Virus record (IMG/VR): IMGVR_UViG_3300033997_000478
Location: 248,001 to 312,000 of that record
Length of the DNA: 64,000 bases
Reading direction: 5' to 3' (one strand)
In this document: positions 62,214-64,000 of the stretch, piece after piece
How positions within the stretch are numbered: position 1 is the stretch's first letter
Layout: every line of letters starts with the position of its first letter
Made by a program: the position numbers and the translations under genes
Notes under the pieces: model-generated
Told to the model about the DNA's origin: nothing
Databases searched by the model: none
The model's input: the letters and a program-made list of their open reading frames with translations, nothing else

Positions 62214-64000
62214 TCAGTCGGGTCGATCGGTTTCCAGCGACACCGCGTTGATCAGTCGACCCAACGTGGTTTGACCTGCCCACATCGAAACTCGGGCCGG
62301 TGACTTCCAGGTGTTCCAGTTTTGCATCTGACGATAGCGGGCCAGTCGCCAGCGACGGTTGGCGTAGACCATGTCCTGCCAGCTCAGACTACCCAGTACC
62401 GCAAGGTAGTCGGTGAAGCTGTTGTCATCGTCGTACGTACCGCGCTGGATGTAGGTTGCCGCTTCCTGCAGGCCCGCACCGCCGAGCAAGTCCGCCGTAC
62501 CTTGAGCGAGTCGATCGCCCATGGAGAAGTTGGCTTGGATCGGCATGTGCATGATCGTGGACATGTCCACAATCGAGAAGGTCACATCGATGCCCAGGGC
62601 TTCGCCGTCTTGGTTCCAACCCATGTTACCCACACCGCGGGTGATCGACATCGAATCGATCATACCCAGTCGGATGGCATGGCGACCGCGACAGAACGCC
62701 TCACAGATGAACGGTGAGGTGAACGAGCGCTTACCCGTAGACAGCGGCAGGGCCGCAGCCAACAACATCGACAGCGGGATGTACAGGTTCATCAGACGCG
62801 ACATACGCGACCCGTAGGGGCTGCGCAGCTTGATCGTGTAATCTGCCCGCGGCAGGTTGGCCGTAGAGCCTGACCAGGTCTTGGGGATGTCCACGAAGGC
62901 GTTACCGGCCAGTGCGACCAGACCACCCATCTGAATACCTTCCAGCGCACCCGACAAGAAAGCCTTACCGGCACTGATCACGCCACCAATCATCGAACCG
63001 AGCGGACCATCACTGATGTTACCATCAGCAAAGTCGAAACGGGCCGAACGTGCTTGGGAGGAGGTCGAGTTGAACTTGCTGGAGATGCCCGGCTCTTCCA
63101 CCGAGTTACTGAAGGACTCACCCGTCGAGCCGGTATAGTTCACACGGAAGGTGACAAACTGCGAACCGTCGCGACGTTCAGCCTCGAACATCTCGCCCAG
63201 CTTGCTGAAGTAACCACCCGAGGACTTCTGTCCGCCGTCGGTGTAATTGCCCAAGTTGTACTGGCTACGATCGCCGACGAACTCAGAGTCCATCGAGATC
63301 TTGGCGCCCGAACCGGTAGAGCTGTCATTACCGTTGGTGCCTTGGTCGGCATTACCGGTGATGATGTTGCCATCGATACCCATGCGGGTTTCGCCACCAG
63401 CTTGGTTGCGTTCGCTGCCCAGGTAGATCTTGCGATACGTATCGATACCGCTTGACGGAACCGGTTGCAGGCCACCGTTGAGGAACATGTCCTGACGGAA
63501 CTGCTTCATCGTCTTGGCAAGATCAGCGCTGTTGTTGATCGAGTCCAGACGCACCTGCAGTTCGGTGTTGAACTTGTTGGCGATACGCTGCGCGCGCGTG
63601 GCGATGGCATAGACGTCCAGACCCACCGGACCCTTGTCAGCCGTACCGGTGGCGCCCTTGGGACGGTCACCAACGGCGAAGATGTCCGGCAGGTACTTGG
63701 CGTACTCATCGAGCATCTGCTTCTGGTCACCGCCAAAGCGGCCGTCGTTGATACCCATGACCGACTGCTGCGCCTCAGTCAGGGTATTGGGCATGATGCC
63801 CATGTTCACCGCAATACCATTGGCGATCGTGTTGACCGCCTGCCAGTACGGGTACATGGCCGGCTTGAGGTAGTAGTACTTACTGGCCGGAACGTTGGCC
63901 AAGAAGCGGATGATCTGACCGCCCAGGATCAACGGCTGCAAGGGCAGAGCGAGCAAGAAGCCCACTGCCTTGCCGGCAGTTGAGAAGAAGTCAGAGGTAC
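62214..64000 (-). CDS. Baseplate hub-like virion protein (phiKZ gp27-like), 5'-truncated by the window edge
   Basis: Frame stays open to base 64000. Motifs RDGSQFVTFRV, PKTW..S, IKLRSPYG, SPF and GMIDS.SITRG recalled for the hub family. Confidence 0.65.
   Translation of the reverse strand, partial: TSDFFSTAGKAVGFLLALPLQPLILGGQIIRFLANVPASKYYYLKPAMYPYWQAVNTIANGIAVNMGIMPNTLTEAQQSVMGINDGRFGGDQKQMLDEYAKYLPDIFAVGDRPKGATGTADKGPVGLDVYAIATRAQRIANKFNTELQVRLDSINNSADLAKTMKQFRQDMFLNGGLQPVPSSGIDTYRKIYLGSERNQAGGETRMGIDGNIITGNADQGTNGNDSSTGSGAKISMDSEFVGDRSQYNLGNYTDGGQKSSGGYFSKLGEMFEAERRDGSQFVTFRVNYTGSTGESFSNSVEEPGISSKFNSTSSQARSARFDFADGNISDGPLGSMIGGVISAGKAFLSGALEGIQMGGLVALAGNAFVDIPKTWSGSTANLPRADYTIKLRSPYGSRMSRLMNLYIPLSMLLAAALPLSTGKRSFTSPFICEAFCRGRHAIRLGMIDSMSITRGVGNMGWNQDGEALGIDVTFSIVDMSTIMHMPIQANFSMGDRLAQGTADLLGGAGLQEAATYIQRGTYDDDNSFTDYLAVLGSLSWQDMVYANRRWRLARYRQMQNWNTWKSPARVSMWAGQTTLGRLINAVSLETDRPD

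Noticed and set aside
1-64000. Stop-codon reassignment or programmed frameshift
   Set aside because: Genes end normally at TAA, TGA and TAG, coding density is high under the standard code, and no split ORF with a slippery site was identified.

Overview
This 64 kb window (about 59-60% GC by eye, standard genetic code, densely coding, no tRNA/rRNA/CRISPR seen) is part of a phiKZ-like jumbo myovirus genome. The assignment rests on split RNA polymerase beta fragments and on gene content and order recalled from phiKZ-like phages. A Xanthomonadaceae host is plausible but only inferred. Left to right it holds: the N-terminal half of RNAP beta (non-virion type), a probable portal gene divergent from a baseplate block, a roughly 30 kb tail-fibre/adhesin region, a RuvC-like resolvase, a central spike with a coupled GNAT, an SbcC/Rad50 ATPase, a two-component spanin, RNase H, a head protein with S-x-E maturation sites, a UvsX/RecA-like recombinase, the C-terminal RNAP beta fragment (virion type), a free-standing HNH, a NADAR-like pair, and further virion genes. 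The tail region contains Ig- and LamG-decorated proteins, four fibres with S74-type chaperones, and three small fibre-tip proteins. Most notable observations: (1) a family of intergenic GC hairpins flanked by CATA..TATG, usually without a U-tract, present at all 7 convergent gene junctions, a candidate non-canonical terminator for the phage RNAP; (2) a fibre-tip adhesin ending in an atypical Hint (intein-like) domain; (3) two interchangeable-looking tip proteins with a constant anchor and variable C-terminus; (4) an intact-looking plus a degenerate NADAR-like gene pair, a possible counter to ADP-ribosylation defences. All homology calls come from motif recognition without database searches. 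Several start codons were moved from the ORF track to RBS-supported starts.
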